Positions 38,801 through 48,680 of a stretch of 64,000 bases of DNA are shown here, in pieces. Location: assembly GCA_964187785.1 (NCBI GenBank), contig OZ076413.1, forward strand, positions 47,370,001 through 47,434,000, in the 5' to 3' direction. Numbering within the stretch: the stretch's first letter is position 1; every line of letters begins with the position of its first letter. The DNA comes from Amphiscolops sp. MND2022. Its lineage: Eukaryota. The position numbers and the translations under genes were made by a program. Below the pieces are notes generated by a model. The model did not search any database and had not been told where the DNA came from. It saw only the letters and a program-made list of their open reading frames with translations.

Positions 38801-40159
38801 GTATGGTTATCGTTTCAAATTTACATCATATCTTTCCACAGGTCCAGAGCTTCGAGTGGTCCCTGATCATGGAAAATTTCTTCACTGTCAAACTGGAGCT
38901 GTTTCAACGCCTAGTCAGCGATTGTGAGTATTTCTAGTTTGGTAGGGTCACTTTGGTCTGCTGTCCTTTTAGTGACCTTCAGGTCCTGTGTTTTAGATGT
39001 CACTAGTTTCGCCATCAATCTGGGTCAGAGGCGAGATGCTACCTTCTTCCTTTGTGGAGAGATGTGCAAGTACATCAATCGTCTTTGCTTCCGCATCTAC
39101 CAGCCTGACACTGTGCCTCTGGAAAGCGCTTGGTTCCTGTTGATGGACTTCCGGATCAGTCAGGGCAAGCCCATGAGTGACGAAGATTTCCTGGTACGGC
39201 TCAAGATTGCCAGTAAAGTGACTAGTGCAAGCAACTTGAAAGCAGCGGGGCTTCATTTCAACAAGAAATCTAGCAAGGCAGCGATCGACAAGACTGCTGA
39301 AAACGCAAAATCAGACTTTGTGAAGAGCGCGAGGGAGTTCATCAAGTTCTTGTTGTCCGGAATACTCCAACACTCCGAGCTTGGATCTGACCTCATCAAA
39401 GGACTGGCTGCGTTTGATCCACATATCCTCTTCAGGAGGCCCGTGGAAGTTGCTTTGCGGCATTTTGACCGCCTGTATTCCACCTTCCAACTGCGTTCCT
39501 TGGTTTCAGCGTCCAATGAGTCAGTTTGCCGGGACGAGTACGTTGCCCTATTGGATTACCTTCGAGCCAACCATTCTTCTGAGTTCGACTCTTCCTGCGA
39601 TCCGCCTGATCTCATTGACTTCTTCATGGGATTGGAGTTTCTCCACACGCATGAGCATCTTTGTTATCTGTTCAAGCTGAGTTGCCTCTGCATCACTTCT
39701 GTGAGTCCCGAGTATCCTCCTGTTTCTTTGGGTAAGATTGACACAAAGGGGCTTCAGTCTCGTTTAGCGGACGTCATCTTGCCTTGTCAAAGTTATCTGT
39801 CAACAGTGCCTGATTCTCTGGTTGCCTGCTGTTCCGAGTCTCGTCTCGAGAAATTCTTCGAATTGTCTTCGATGTTTGGACAGACTGCCTTCGCTGCCGA
39901 TTACGACCCGTGGACCTTTGTAGACAGCTTCGGCCGTTCAGCAATTTACAAGACTCTCGTCACCTCTTATCGCTCTGTTCTCTCCGGGTCAGAATTCCAT
40001 TTTAGAAGTCCCACTTTTGCTGATACTTCTTCTGTGCCTGATGCTCCTGCTGTGAGGCCACCCAGTGATAGTAAGCGGAGAAGGATGGAAAAGGGTTGTT
40101 CCCGGGGTAGAGCTTCGTCTGTCCTTGGTGAATCGTCTGCTGGTGGTTCTAAGAGCTAA
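35900..40159 (+). CDS. Five-exon antisense gene: BED-type zinc finger plus hAT-transposase-derived protein (1293 aa predicted)
   Basis: Exons 35900-37915, 38015-38500, 38597-38731, 38842-38923 and 38997-40159 joined by GT-AG introns of 99, 96, 110 and 73 bp give 3882 nt in one frame. Motifs WCHMCKKNFSI...ILRHHRTEKH and LLKKWKSILRYF. AATAAA at 40357-40362. Confidence 0.85.
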
Positions 40160-40402
40160 TTGTACATATGTATTTATGTACTTGCAGACTGTAAACTTTG
40201 TTGATTTTCTGTTTGTATTATTTATTTCATTTTGTTGCTCTCGATTCTTCTGATCCCGTATTTATTTTCTTTGTAAGGGATCGTCCAAGTGTCCCATTAT
40301 TTATTCAAAAGATACTGCTGCATGGGACTAGTAAAAAGAAAAGTAAAAGAGAAGAGAATAAAACAGTTCAGGGCTAATTTCCTGAGCCGAATTTAATTTT
40401 CT

Positions 40403-43400
40403 CTAATATCTGTAGTCTTCTGAGTAGTTTGGGTTAGGGTTAGGTCTGAGGTTATATTTCCCCCCTCTAGGGCTCAGACTTTCATTTCTGGCATCGTTTT
40501 CAGATATTTCGGGCACGATAATATCATCCCCCCTTCTTGGAGAATTTTGTGTATCGGTTTCGGTTCGCAAATTTTCATGTGGGAAAATTTCCTTGTTTTT
40601 TGGTCTTTCTAGAATGATTTTGTCTTTTTGAAGGTCATTTGCTGTATTCGGTGATTGCGTTTCGTGAGCTTCCGGTAAACCGGCCTCGTTCGGCCAATCA
40701 TTCGATGCTTCTTCGGTGACGTCATTACTTGTCGTTACGTCGTGACTTAAGCGGTCATTCCGGCTGTGTACCGCGTTGTCGTTGTTTAATCCTTCTCGCG
40801 TGATTATGTAATCGACGTCGTTCTCGTTTGCGTCATTTGTATTTTCTGCCATACTCGGCCGTTCGCCGTTCGGCAAGCTAGTCGGAATAGGTTCGTTGCC
40901 TCGTGTAACTAGCTGTTCGCCGAAGTCTGTTTCCCACGTTATGACGTATAAATCGTCTTGTGGAATGATAATTTCTTCGTCTGGTTGAAGCCGTTGTTCT
41001 CGGAAATTGTCCTCAAGCGGTTGATTGGGAACAAACCTTTTAAGGCGAATTCGATGCAAAATTTGAGTTTTATTTGTATTAAGTCGTCGAACTATGTAAT
41101 TTTCATTGGGTAAAACTTTTTGGACTATGAATGGTCCAATCCATCGATAATCACGGAATGGAATTTTTGATCCTTGATTGTCCGCTTTCGGCTGTAGGAC
41201 GAAACAGTACTCATTCTCCTTCAATGGAGCAGCTTTCGCCTTGCGATCGTAGTATTCTTTGTATTTAATATACGATTGCATAATGTTCTGTTTCGTCTTG
41301 TCAATCAAGGTTTTCGTCCGATTTTGGATTTCTTCGGCGAATTCAGTTGTAGGGCTGATCTTTTCGTTTGGATTATTTCCAAGCTTGTGATCCAAAATAT
41401 TGTAGGGAATTCTGCCATGGAATACTCTCGTTGGCTCACAACCGATGCTGGCGTGATAACTCGTATTATGATTGAGTACTGCTAATGGTAAGTATTTATA
41501 CCATTGTCGGCGGTATTCCCCACATGCCATTTTGAGGTTTGTCTTTAATGAGGCATGGGTCCGCTGTAATTTCCCAATTGTTTGCGGGTGCTTTGTCGTT
41601 GCACATTTGAGTGTAATGCCCAAAATTTGCGTAACCTCCGCAATAATCGTAGAAGTGAATGCAGTACCCTTATCAGTAATAAGAGTCGTTGGTAAATATG
41701 CATGCTTGGTCATTATGTCAATGAGCGCTTTTGCCACATTGATCGCTGATGCGTCTGTAAGGGGATAAGCGAATAAATATCTGGAGAAAACATCAATTGC
41801 CGTTAGGACATTTTCATATCCTCCACTTGGGGGAAGATTCGGCAATAGGTCAATCTGCATGGCGTCTTCAGGTCCAAGGTCCCATTCGGGCAAGTTGAGC
41901 AGCTCAGGTGTGATCGTTGCGTTAGGGACTCTCTTGTCTCTGGCACATTGTTCACACCCTTCTACCCACCTTTTGACGTGTTTAGCCATGCTAGGGTAGT
42001 AGTACCTTTGTCTACTTTCCTGCAACATTTTTGAAATCCCGGGATGTTTATGCGCTGTCCCGTGAAGGGAGTGAAGCAATTCCCGAAGTAGGTGTTGCGG
42101 GAGTAAAATTTGATGGTATTTTACGTTCCCTATTTCATCAAAATATTGCCTCGTCAGGATTTCGTCCTTTAGTACAATTCGTTCCAGATTGTTTGCGTAA
42201 TGTCTATATCGGGCATCCTGGTGCAGTATGTTTTCTGAATAATCTTCATGAAGGAGCTTTGCCTTCAATTGTTGCAGAACTGCATCTTTGGACTGCTCGA
42301 TGATTATCTGGTTTGTTTTCTTTAATCGGACCTGGATGTCTGGTTGTTGTTTGACCAAATTGGTTGACAGAGTTTCTATGGTAACAGTGGGCTCATCAGT
42401 CATTGGATTTTTCCTGATTGCTTCTTTTCTTGCCCAATACTGTTCTTCTGTCTCGCCGTCATCATTCGTATAGAATATTTGTTCTTCCTGTGATACCCCC
42501 GCAGATTGAACATTGATTTCAATTGGTAGAGTTTGTACGTCCTCACGGATTTTCATGACTAATTTGTCCTTCGGATCTGCTTCTAATCGGGACAAATAGT
42601 CAGCTGCTGTGTTCTGTGCCCCCGGGATATGCGCTATGACAAAATTGAACTGGATCACATAATCACATGCATTCCACAGGGCTGGGGGTTTTATTTTCGT
42701 TTGAAAAAATCTCGTGACCGCCTTGTTGTCCGTAAGGATGATGACCGGTTTCGGCGCACCCCAGAATATATGTCCGAATTCTTTGAATGCAAAATAAATT
42801 GCAAGGAATTCTTTTGCATAAATTGACATCTTTATCTGCGCTGGGGTGAAAGTTTTGGATCCATATGCGACTGGTGCATACGATTTTCTGAGTGACGTGA
42901 ATTTCTGGTTCGGGTCATCTTCTATTAAGACCGCATATCCGGCTGCACCAAAACTTGCGTCAGTCATTAGTGCAATTTGTTTGTTCGGGATAGGCTGTTG
43001 TAGGGCCAAATCGCAACATTTGTCGAGTGCCTTGTTGATTTCTTCGAATTGTTGGACTAATTCTTTGGATACTAGGACCTTTTCGTCACTTTTGAGCATC
43101 TTGTAGAATGGAGCAAGGCGCGCGGAGAGTCTTGGGACATAATTCCTGTAGTAGTTCAAGAATCCCAAGTAGCGTTGCAAAGCCTTTTTCGACTTTGGGA
43201 ATTTGGTCTTTTCCAGAAAGTTTTGCACGTTCTGTTTCTGGGGTTTGACGCCTTGCGGGGTAATAGTCCGTCCGAGGAAATCAATTTCTTTTGCACCAAA
43301 GTGGCATTTGTGCATTGTCAACTTAAGGCCTGCTTCCTGAATGCATTTGAATGTTGCTCTCAGGTTCATTATGAGGTGGTTAACATCATTGGCTGCGATG

Positions 43401-45631
43401 CCGATATCGTCCACATACTGGGCGCACTGATCCGCTTTAATGACTTTGTCGAGGTATTCCCTCATGAAACTCGAGAATGCGGATAGTGACCGACTGAGGC
43501 CTTGTGCCAAACGTCTGTAGGCAAATGTGCGACTGGCAAAATTGAAAGCTAACATTTCGATTGAGCGTTGGTCAGCCATTGGTAGGCAGTGGTATGCCTG
43601 CGAACAGTCTAATTTACAGAACAGTTTTTTGCCTGCCAAGTGTTGGGCAGCATCAATCAGGGTGCTAACAGGGTGATTATTGTTTATATAATCATCCGAG
43701 ATGAGGTTGTTGATTTTTCTCAAGTCAACCAAAAGTCGTAGCTTCCCATTTGGTTTCTTTTGGGCGAATATTGGGCTTGCATACTTTGAGAACGGTAGGG
43801 TGGTAATGATGCCATATTTGTGTAACATGGCTAATTCGACTAAGATGTCTTCCTTCAAGTTGATAGGAGCTGGAAGACTTTGACTATAGGCTGGGGAATC
43901 GTCTTTTGGTGTCAGTTTCACCTTGAAGTCCTCGTTCATGCCTATATCAAATCGGTGTCGTGCAAAGATGTCATGGAATTCCACTAACAATTCCTCTATT
44001 TTCTCCTTCTCTTCAGGAGTAAGGGTGGAATCTTTCCAGTCAAAGTTTTCTAAGAATTTTGCACGCGATTCTGCGTCTGTGGTGGGGTCGAGTGTCTCCA
44101 GTTCTTGTAAGGCCTGTAACTCACGTAGGATTCGTTTTTGTATGGGTGTGTGTTCCTCAGGATTTCCAGGGTTTTCTGGAGTTGGGAACCAGTAATTTTC
44201 GGAGTTTTGTGGATTTCTATTGGTTTTGATGAGACTGCTGACATAATGGGCTGCTTGCTCTTGGTCATTCTGCAAGAGGTGCCATGTTGATGCCGGGTCT
44301 ACCGGTTTGACATACTTCATTTGTTCTGGCGTCATGACAGAAAAATTGGCAATATGTAGACCTTTTTTGAGTTTATAAGGGTGGTCTGTGAAATTGTTCA
44401 CTGGTATCAATATATTGCCATCATTCAGAGTGACTAAAGCTGGGCAAAATGTGATGTCGCCTTCCTCATGTAGAAGGTCGCTCGGTTGCAAAATTCCAGT
44501 GACAGCGTTCTCAGGGTACAGTAGGGAATTGGTCCTGATTAGGACTCTATCGTTTGGCGGAATGGTTATCTCAATGGGATTGAGAATTGGTTCTAAGACA
44601 TTTGAGTATTTATGGTCAGCTGTTTTTAGCTGCATTGAAAAGAACGGGAAGTTCAAGATTCCTTGTCTCATGTCCAGGACTGTATGGTTTCTCTGCAGGA
44701 ACATTAGTCCAATGATCGGTCCTGTCAAGTGTTCCATGACTATGAAAATCTCATGAAACTCGATATCACCAACTTCAAATTTGAGTTCTATGGTACTTTT
44801 AGGGGTTTCCAGTTGACCATTAGCGACCATTATTTGGAAATTCGGAGGTGGACCTTCTCGGATAACAGATTGTGGAGATAAAAGGCGGATTTTCCGGAGG
44901 TCCATTTCGGGTATTGCACTGGACAGTGCCCCAGTGTCTATTAGTCCATCTATGGTCAATTCCCCAAAGTCCATTGGGAAATAAAGCATGCGTTTCTTGC
45001 ATTTGAGGTTGATGTTGGTTGACAGGGGTATACAGTCTGGTTCACCATCTCTGGTGATGAGTACATTTTGGAATTGTTTTTCATCTAATAATGATTGTGG
45101 CGTGATTTCACCACTGTTTTCAGTATTCTCGGTCCCCAGGGGGTTTGGGAACACCGGATGGCTTGTGCCATCATTCATTTGCCAGGTTTCAATCAATGCT
45201 CTAGTTTTCTTGTTGTGGGTGATTGGAGGATTTTCATGGGCTGATTTATTGTAGAGTTCGATATCATCAATGACGTATTGGAATTGTAGCAGATCTTGGT
45301 TGTAGAGTTCCGTGTCCCAATAGGGATCTCGCCCATAATCGGGGTCTATGTAGGTAGGGTTGTAATCGTCTACCAAGGGAATGGGCCTGAATCGGCTATT
45401 GAAAGCAGATGTGTAATCAGGATCCCATACAGGAATTGGTTTTTGGAACAAATGGGTATTATTGTAAGTAATAATGGTAGCTTTTTCCATCTGCTGCTGC
45501 CAGACAACAGAGGGATAGCCCATCAATTGTTGGTTGTATTGGTGGAAAGTTTGCGTTGGAGGGTCCGATCTGATGTATTGTCGGACACATATTAGTTGAT
45601 TGTATTGGAGTCGTGGCGAAGTTAGTTTTTT
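40403..45631 (-). CDS. pol: Pol polyprotein (PR, dUTPase-like spacer, RT, RNase H, integrase with GPF motif), reached by a -1 frameshift
   Basis: LIDTGA, YVDD, MTDAS, H-H-CEQC, QIDL/ITDKG, WIGPF. The frame is open from the slippery site at 45631-45625 through ORF 40403-45526. Confidence 0.95.
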   Translation of the reverse strand, partial: KKLTSPRLQYNQLICVRQYIRSDPPTQTFHQYNQQLMGYPSVVWQQQMEKATIITYNNTHLFQKPIPVWDPDYTSAFNSRFRPIPLVDDYNPTYIDPDYGRDPYWDTELYNQDLLQFQYVIDDIELYNKSAHENPPITHNKKTRALIETWQMNDGTSHPVFPNPLGTENTENSGEITPQSLLDEKQFQNVLITRDGEPDCIPLSTNINLKCKKRMLYFPMDFGELTIDGLIDTGALSSAIPEMDLRKIRLLSPQSVIREGPPPNFQIMVANGQLETPKSTIELKFEVGDIEFHEIFIVMEHLTGPIIGLMFLQRNHTVLDMRQGILNFPFFSMQLKTADHKYSNVLEPILNPIEITIPPNDRVLIRTNSLLYPENAVTGILQPSDLLHEEGDITFCPALVTLNDGNILIPVNNFTDHPYKLKKGLHIANFSVMTPEQMKYVKPVDPASTWHLLQNDQEQAAHYVSSLIKTNRNPQNSENYWFPTPENPGNPEEHTPIQKRILRELQALQELETLDPTTDAESRAKFLENFDWKDSTLTPEEKEKIEELLVEFHDIFARHRFDIGMNEDFKVKLTPKDDSPAYSQSLPAPINLKEDILVELAMLHKYGIITTLPFSKYASPIFAQKKPNGKLRLLVDLRKINNLISDDYINNNHPVSTLIDAAQHLAGKKLFCKLDCSQAYHCLPMADQRSIEMLAFNFASRTFAYRRLAQGLSRSLSAFSSFMREYLDKVIKADQCAQYVDDIGIAANDVNHLIMNLRATFKCIQEAGLKLTMHKCHFGAKEIDFLGRTITPQGVKPQKQNVQNFLEKTKFPKSKKALQRYLGFLNYYRNYVPRLSARLAPFYKMLKSDEKVLVSKELVQQFEEINKALDKCCDLALQQPIPNKQIALMTDASFGAAGYAVLIEDDPNQKFTSLRKSYAPVAYGSKTFTPAQIKMSIYAKEFLAIYFAFKEFGHIFWGAPKPVIILTDNKAVTRFFQTKIKPPALWNACDYVIQFNFVIAHIPGAQNTAADYLSRLEADPKDKLVMKIREDVQTLPIEINVQSAGVSQEEQIFYTNDDGETEEQYWARKEAIRKNPMTDEPTVTIETLSTNLVKQQPDIQVRLKKTNQIIIEQSKDAVLQQLKAKLLHEDYSENILHQDARYRHYANNLERIVLKDEILTRQYFDEIGNVKYHQILLPQHLLRELLHSLHGTAHKHPGISKMLQESRQRYYYPSMAKHVKRWVEGCEQCARDKRVPNATITPELLNLPEWDLGPEDAMQIDLLPNLPPSGGYENVLTAIDVFSRYLFAYPLTDASAINVAKALIDIMTKHAYLPTTLITDKGTAFTSTIIAEVTQILGITLKCATTKHPQTIGKLQRTHASLKTNLKMACGEYRRQWYKYLPLAVLNHNTSYHASIGCEPTRVFHGRIPYNILDHKLGNNPNEKISPTTEFAEEIQNRTKTLIDKTKQNIMQSYIKYKEYYDRKAKAAPLKENEYCFVLQPKADNQGSKIPFRDYRWIGPFIVQKVLPNENYIVRRLNTNKTQILHRIRLKRFVPNQPLEDNFREQRLQPDEEIIIPQDDLYVITWETDFGEQLVTRGNEPIPTSLPNGERPSMAENTNDANENDVDYIITREGLNNDNAVHSRNDRLSHDVTTSNDVTEEASNDWPNEAGLPEAHETQSPNTANDLQKDKIILERPKNKEIFPHENLRTETDTQNSPRRGDDIIVPEISENDARNESLSPRGGKYNLRPNPNPNYSEDYRY

Positions 45632-47334
45632 GACTCATCATTGGAAGATGAGGTCTGTGAGTTGGAAGATGTTGATTTGTTTTGTGGTTTTTGCGCCTTT
45701 GAATTGGGTTTACCGTCATTAGCGTCATCTGGTCTGGTGCGTTTGGGTTTGAGATGCGCACCAGCACCTTGCCAACATCTTTCTTCCGGGTGGTTCTTTT
45801 TGCCACAAGTGCCACACTCCGGATACGTCTTTTTCTGAGTCTGTTTGCCTTGTTGGGCATCTTTTTCTTTTTTCTTCTTCAATTTTTCACAGTCTTTGAC
45901 CATATGGCCTTTCTCCTTGCAATAGTTGCAAGTGATGTCCGACATTTGCCCAGTAGTTAGAGGAGTCTTGGATTTTGTTGTCGAGGAGGTCATTGTGGCC
46001 ATTGGTAGGTCGTCTGATTCCTCAAGGGCATTTAGTTCTAACTCTCTCTCTAAATGAGCAACTATTTCATCATAAGAGCCGTTTTCGAGTCTGGCCATGT
46101 TTACAGACCGCTTCAGTTTTGGTGGCAGTTTTGCGTAGAGCAAACTGTCAATCATTTTCTGCGCGTGATCCCCGAATGCTTTTTCTGCCCCTTGATTTAG
46201 TTCTTCAAGGAAATCTTGCAGTTTCATCGTGTTGGGATCGAAGACTAGACGGTGCCATTTATGTTTGGCAGTCGCCTGTGATTCGGGTTTGACGTATTTT
46301 CGTCTGAATATTACCAATACGTCCTCTAAAGTCTGTCTATTGCTCGAGCTGATGTTCCGGAAGGTTTGGAGAGCATTCTTCCTCAGCAGTGAATGGAAGT
46401 GATTTATTTTCATCTGTTCCGTCATTTCCGGTTGCATCTTGATCATCGTGTGGAACAGGTCCTCAAACAGCTCGAATTTTTCACTCTTGCCATCAAAAGT
46501 CATTGTGTTTGAATTGACTGGGCGTATAGTGAGTTGTTGGGCTGTCGGCCTATTCTGCATCGTTGTCAAGACATCTGCTAGTCGAGTAATAGGGTCAGTT
46601 TGAGCAGCTGGAGCATTTCTCTCTTGCGCTGGGATCGTCGTGTCAAGGTTAATATCCTCATAGGACCTGTCGAGATGGTTTCTGGATGAGACTCGTCCCG
46701 TGAGAAACTCGGGAACTTGAAGTGGAGATTCGTTGTCTCCTGTCACCATGTCATGGACTTGACGGCTTGATTGACCAATTGGCCGGTTTCCATCATGTTG
46801 TTCATTTCTACAGTCGGCCTTGACACTTGGAATTCGCTGTTCTTCGGCATTTACTTCCGGTCTCTCAACTGGGACTTCCCATCCCCTTCTGGTCTCTCGG
46901 CCTGATCCGGCCATAATGACATTCTGTATTTGAGGCAATACTTGACTACTAATAGCTTCATTAATGGCCCTTTGGATCAGCGTATCGACATTACTCATCA
47001 TTTCATCCATCTCACGGGATATCCTAGAGTTCAGTTCGCTAGACAACCTGTTTATCTCAGCTAGTGAGTTTGCTTCAGCTGAGTTTTGGCCAAGATCGGC
47101 ACTTGTCCTAGGTTCATCATTTCTACAATTTGAAAACAAGCTTTCGCCTTCGTTGTCTAAATTATTGCTCATGATACTTTCTCTCCTTCTAACGGGGTTA
47201 CTTTCTAAACTCCTTTCTCTTTCAGTTCCATTGTAACGATCGCCTCCTAACATTATGTCTAGATTTTCGATATCAGAAAGAATCTCTAGCCCTCTAGACT
47301 TTCTAGTCTTCTTTTGTTTTCTTGTAGTAGGCAT
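45622..47334 (-). CDS. gag: Gag (570 aa) with zinc knuckles; starts inside the 5' LTR
   Basis: TFDGKSEKFELFEDLF capsid-like motif, CNYCKEKGHMVKDC and CGTCGKKNHPEERC. Confidence 0.93.
   Translation of the reverse strand: MPTTRKQKKTRKSRGLEILSDIENLDIMLGGDRYNGTERERSLESNPVRRRESIMSNNLDNEGESLFSNCRNDEPRTSADLGQNSAEANSLAEINRLSSELNSRISREMDEMMSNVDTLIQRAINEAISSQVLPQIQNVIMAGSGRETRRGWEVPVERPEVNAEEQRIPSVKADCRNEQHDGNRPIGQSSRQVHDMVTGDNESPLQVPEFLTGRVSSRNHLDRSYEDINLDTTIPAQERNAPAAQTDPITRLADVLTTMQNRPTAQQLTIRPVNSNTMTFDGKSEKFELFEDLFHTMIKMQPEMTEQMKINHFHSLLRKNALQTFRNISSSNRQTLEDVLVIFRRKYVKPESQATAKHKWHRLVFDPNTMKLQDFLEELNQGAEKAFGDHAQKMIDSLLYAKLPPKLKRSVNMARLENGSYDEIVAHLERELELNALEESDDLPMATMTSSTTKSKTPLTTGQMSDITCNYCKEKGHMVKDCEKLKKKKEKDAQQGKQTQKKTYPECGTCGKKNHPEERCWQGAGAHLKPKRTRPDDANDGKPNSKAQKPQNKSTSSNSQTSSSNDESKN
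46737..46748 (-). other. Primer-binding site (PBS), possibly tRNA-Leu
   Basis: Minus strand TGGTGACAGGAG abuts the 5' LTR and lies within the gag reading frame (MVTG). Confidence 0.75.
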
Positions 47335-48479
47335 AAGGAAAACTTCGAGTATAAAATTGAATTAGATTATATCTCGAAAATAACAGTGAAACCGTTTGTA
47401 CTAATATGATAGTCTTTTTCAGAAGAGAGTAAATTAAGAAGTGTCTCCTCTCTCAAAGGCACAGGTATTTATACCCCCGAAAGAGTGACACTCACATTTT
47501 TCACATTCTTTGACTAAGACAATATCATATGACTGCATTTCTGATGGTCACGGAATGAACGTCATCCGTTCCAAATATTACACATCAAAGGAACAAACAT
47601 TCAACCGCTAGCATCGTTTACATATTTGACAAAATACTTCCATCGAACAGGTATTTGTTGATACAGGTACGCGTTCTTTAGCACGTGACAGCACAACAAA
47701 CTTGTTTGATCTAAATACTTATCGTAGGTACAATGGCAAAAGGCCTGTTAAGGCAATAACATCAAATTTCATGCAACAGGGTTATATTAAAGCAGAATCG
47801 GGCAACTATTTGTTAGTAACACAACAAAGTACTAAATAGCGCTTCAAATTGGTATTTCGTGATCAACAAAGCTTACTACTGAATAAATACTACTACATGA
47901 AATTAGCATCAATTACAAGCACTTCACTCATTGGAGACTAAATAGCCGGATTAGGCCGTTTGCCTGAACGGCATTAATAGCACACTCGTCCATATTGTAC
48001 AAAGGCCGTAATTGGCAAAAGAGAATAAAGCACTCGAAGATGAAGGCCTCTGATTGGCTAATTGGTTGAGCGCAAGCGACGTTGGCAAGAAAGTACAGGA
48101 GTCCATTTGAACTCGTTTCCGTACTTTCTCTTAGTTGCTTGCTATAATCTTTGATTATTACTACATTGCATTGATAATACAACAATACAGCACAATCTAT
48201 GTTAACAGACTAATATACAGTTGACATTCAAAACTAAGGTTGACTATAAATAATCAACAAGTGCAATGATTCTAAATTTTGGTAACAAGGGAATACGTCC
48301 CAGTACGGCCCTTTTTGGCTATTTTCTAAAGTAATATGGCAACAAAATACATAAGCAACGTAAAAGTTTGAGAGAAAGTTTTAGTTTACTTTAATAGGTA
48401 GGGAGAGTTCCTGGGGCCACATCCTGACCAACAGCCGTCGTTGTAATCCTTGTGCCGTCACAGGCGGCAGCCTGCGACA
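46749..48479 (-). repeat. 5' LTR (1731 bp)
   Basis: Direct repeat of 32444-34174; followed by the TSD GGATC. Confidence 0.97.
47466..47591 (-). promoter_or_regulatory. LTR core promoter (TATAAATA, TGAGTGTCA, CCTTTGATGT)
   Basis: TATA box ~130 bp upstream of the gag ATG; the same three motifs occur in the same order at 4811-4943. Confidence 0.65.
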
Positions 48480-48558
48480 GGATCTTATAGCTACCACCAA
48501 CAATTGTAATCATAAGGCGTTCATTGAGGATGCTGAAAATATCCAAAAATTTCGCTGT

Positions 48559-48680
48559 CAAATCGAATTCGACATTTGATTACACCAAGGAAATGGTAAG
48601 AAGGAAACCAATTTGGTATTTGATGACACCAAATCGAATTCGGCATTTGATGACACCAAGGAGATGGTAAGAAGAAAACG
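48559..48680. repeat. Short imperfect tandem duplication (~71-bp period)
   Basis: CAAATCGAATTCG(A/G)CATTTGAT(T/G)ACACCAAGGA(A/G)ATGGTAAGAAG occurs twice. Confidence 0.8.

Larger units (their letters stand above)
32444..48479 (-). mobile_element. Full-length 16,036-bp Ty3/Gypsy LTR retrotransposon with an accessory gene cassette
   Basis: 1731-bp LTRs (32444-34174 and 46749-48479), TGTC...GACA termini, perfect TSD GGATC (32439-32443 and 48480-48484), PBS, uninterrupted gag and pol. Confidence 0.97.

Noticed and set aside
34086..40159. env gene in the post-pol position
   Set aside because: No signal peptide, furin site plus fusion peptide, or transmembrane anchor seen; the large gene is antisense and looks nuclear.
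35900..40159. Three separate genes as listed in the ORF track
   Set aside because: GT-AG splice sites join them in frame; the 37973 and 38924 starts lie in predicted introns.
40431..40444. GGGTTAGGGTTAGG telomere-like repeat
   Set aside because: Only about two units, and it is the antisense of Pol C-terminal codons PNPN.
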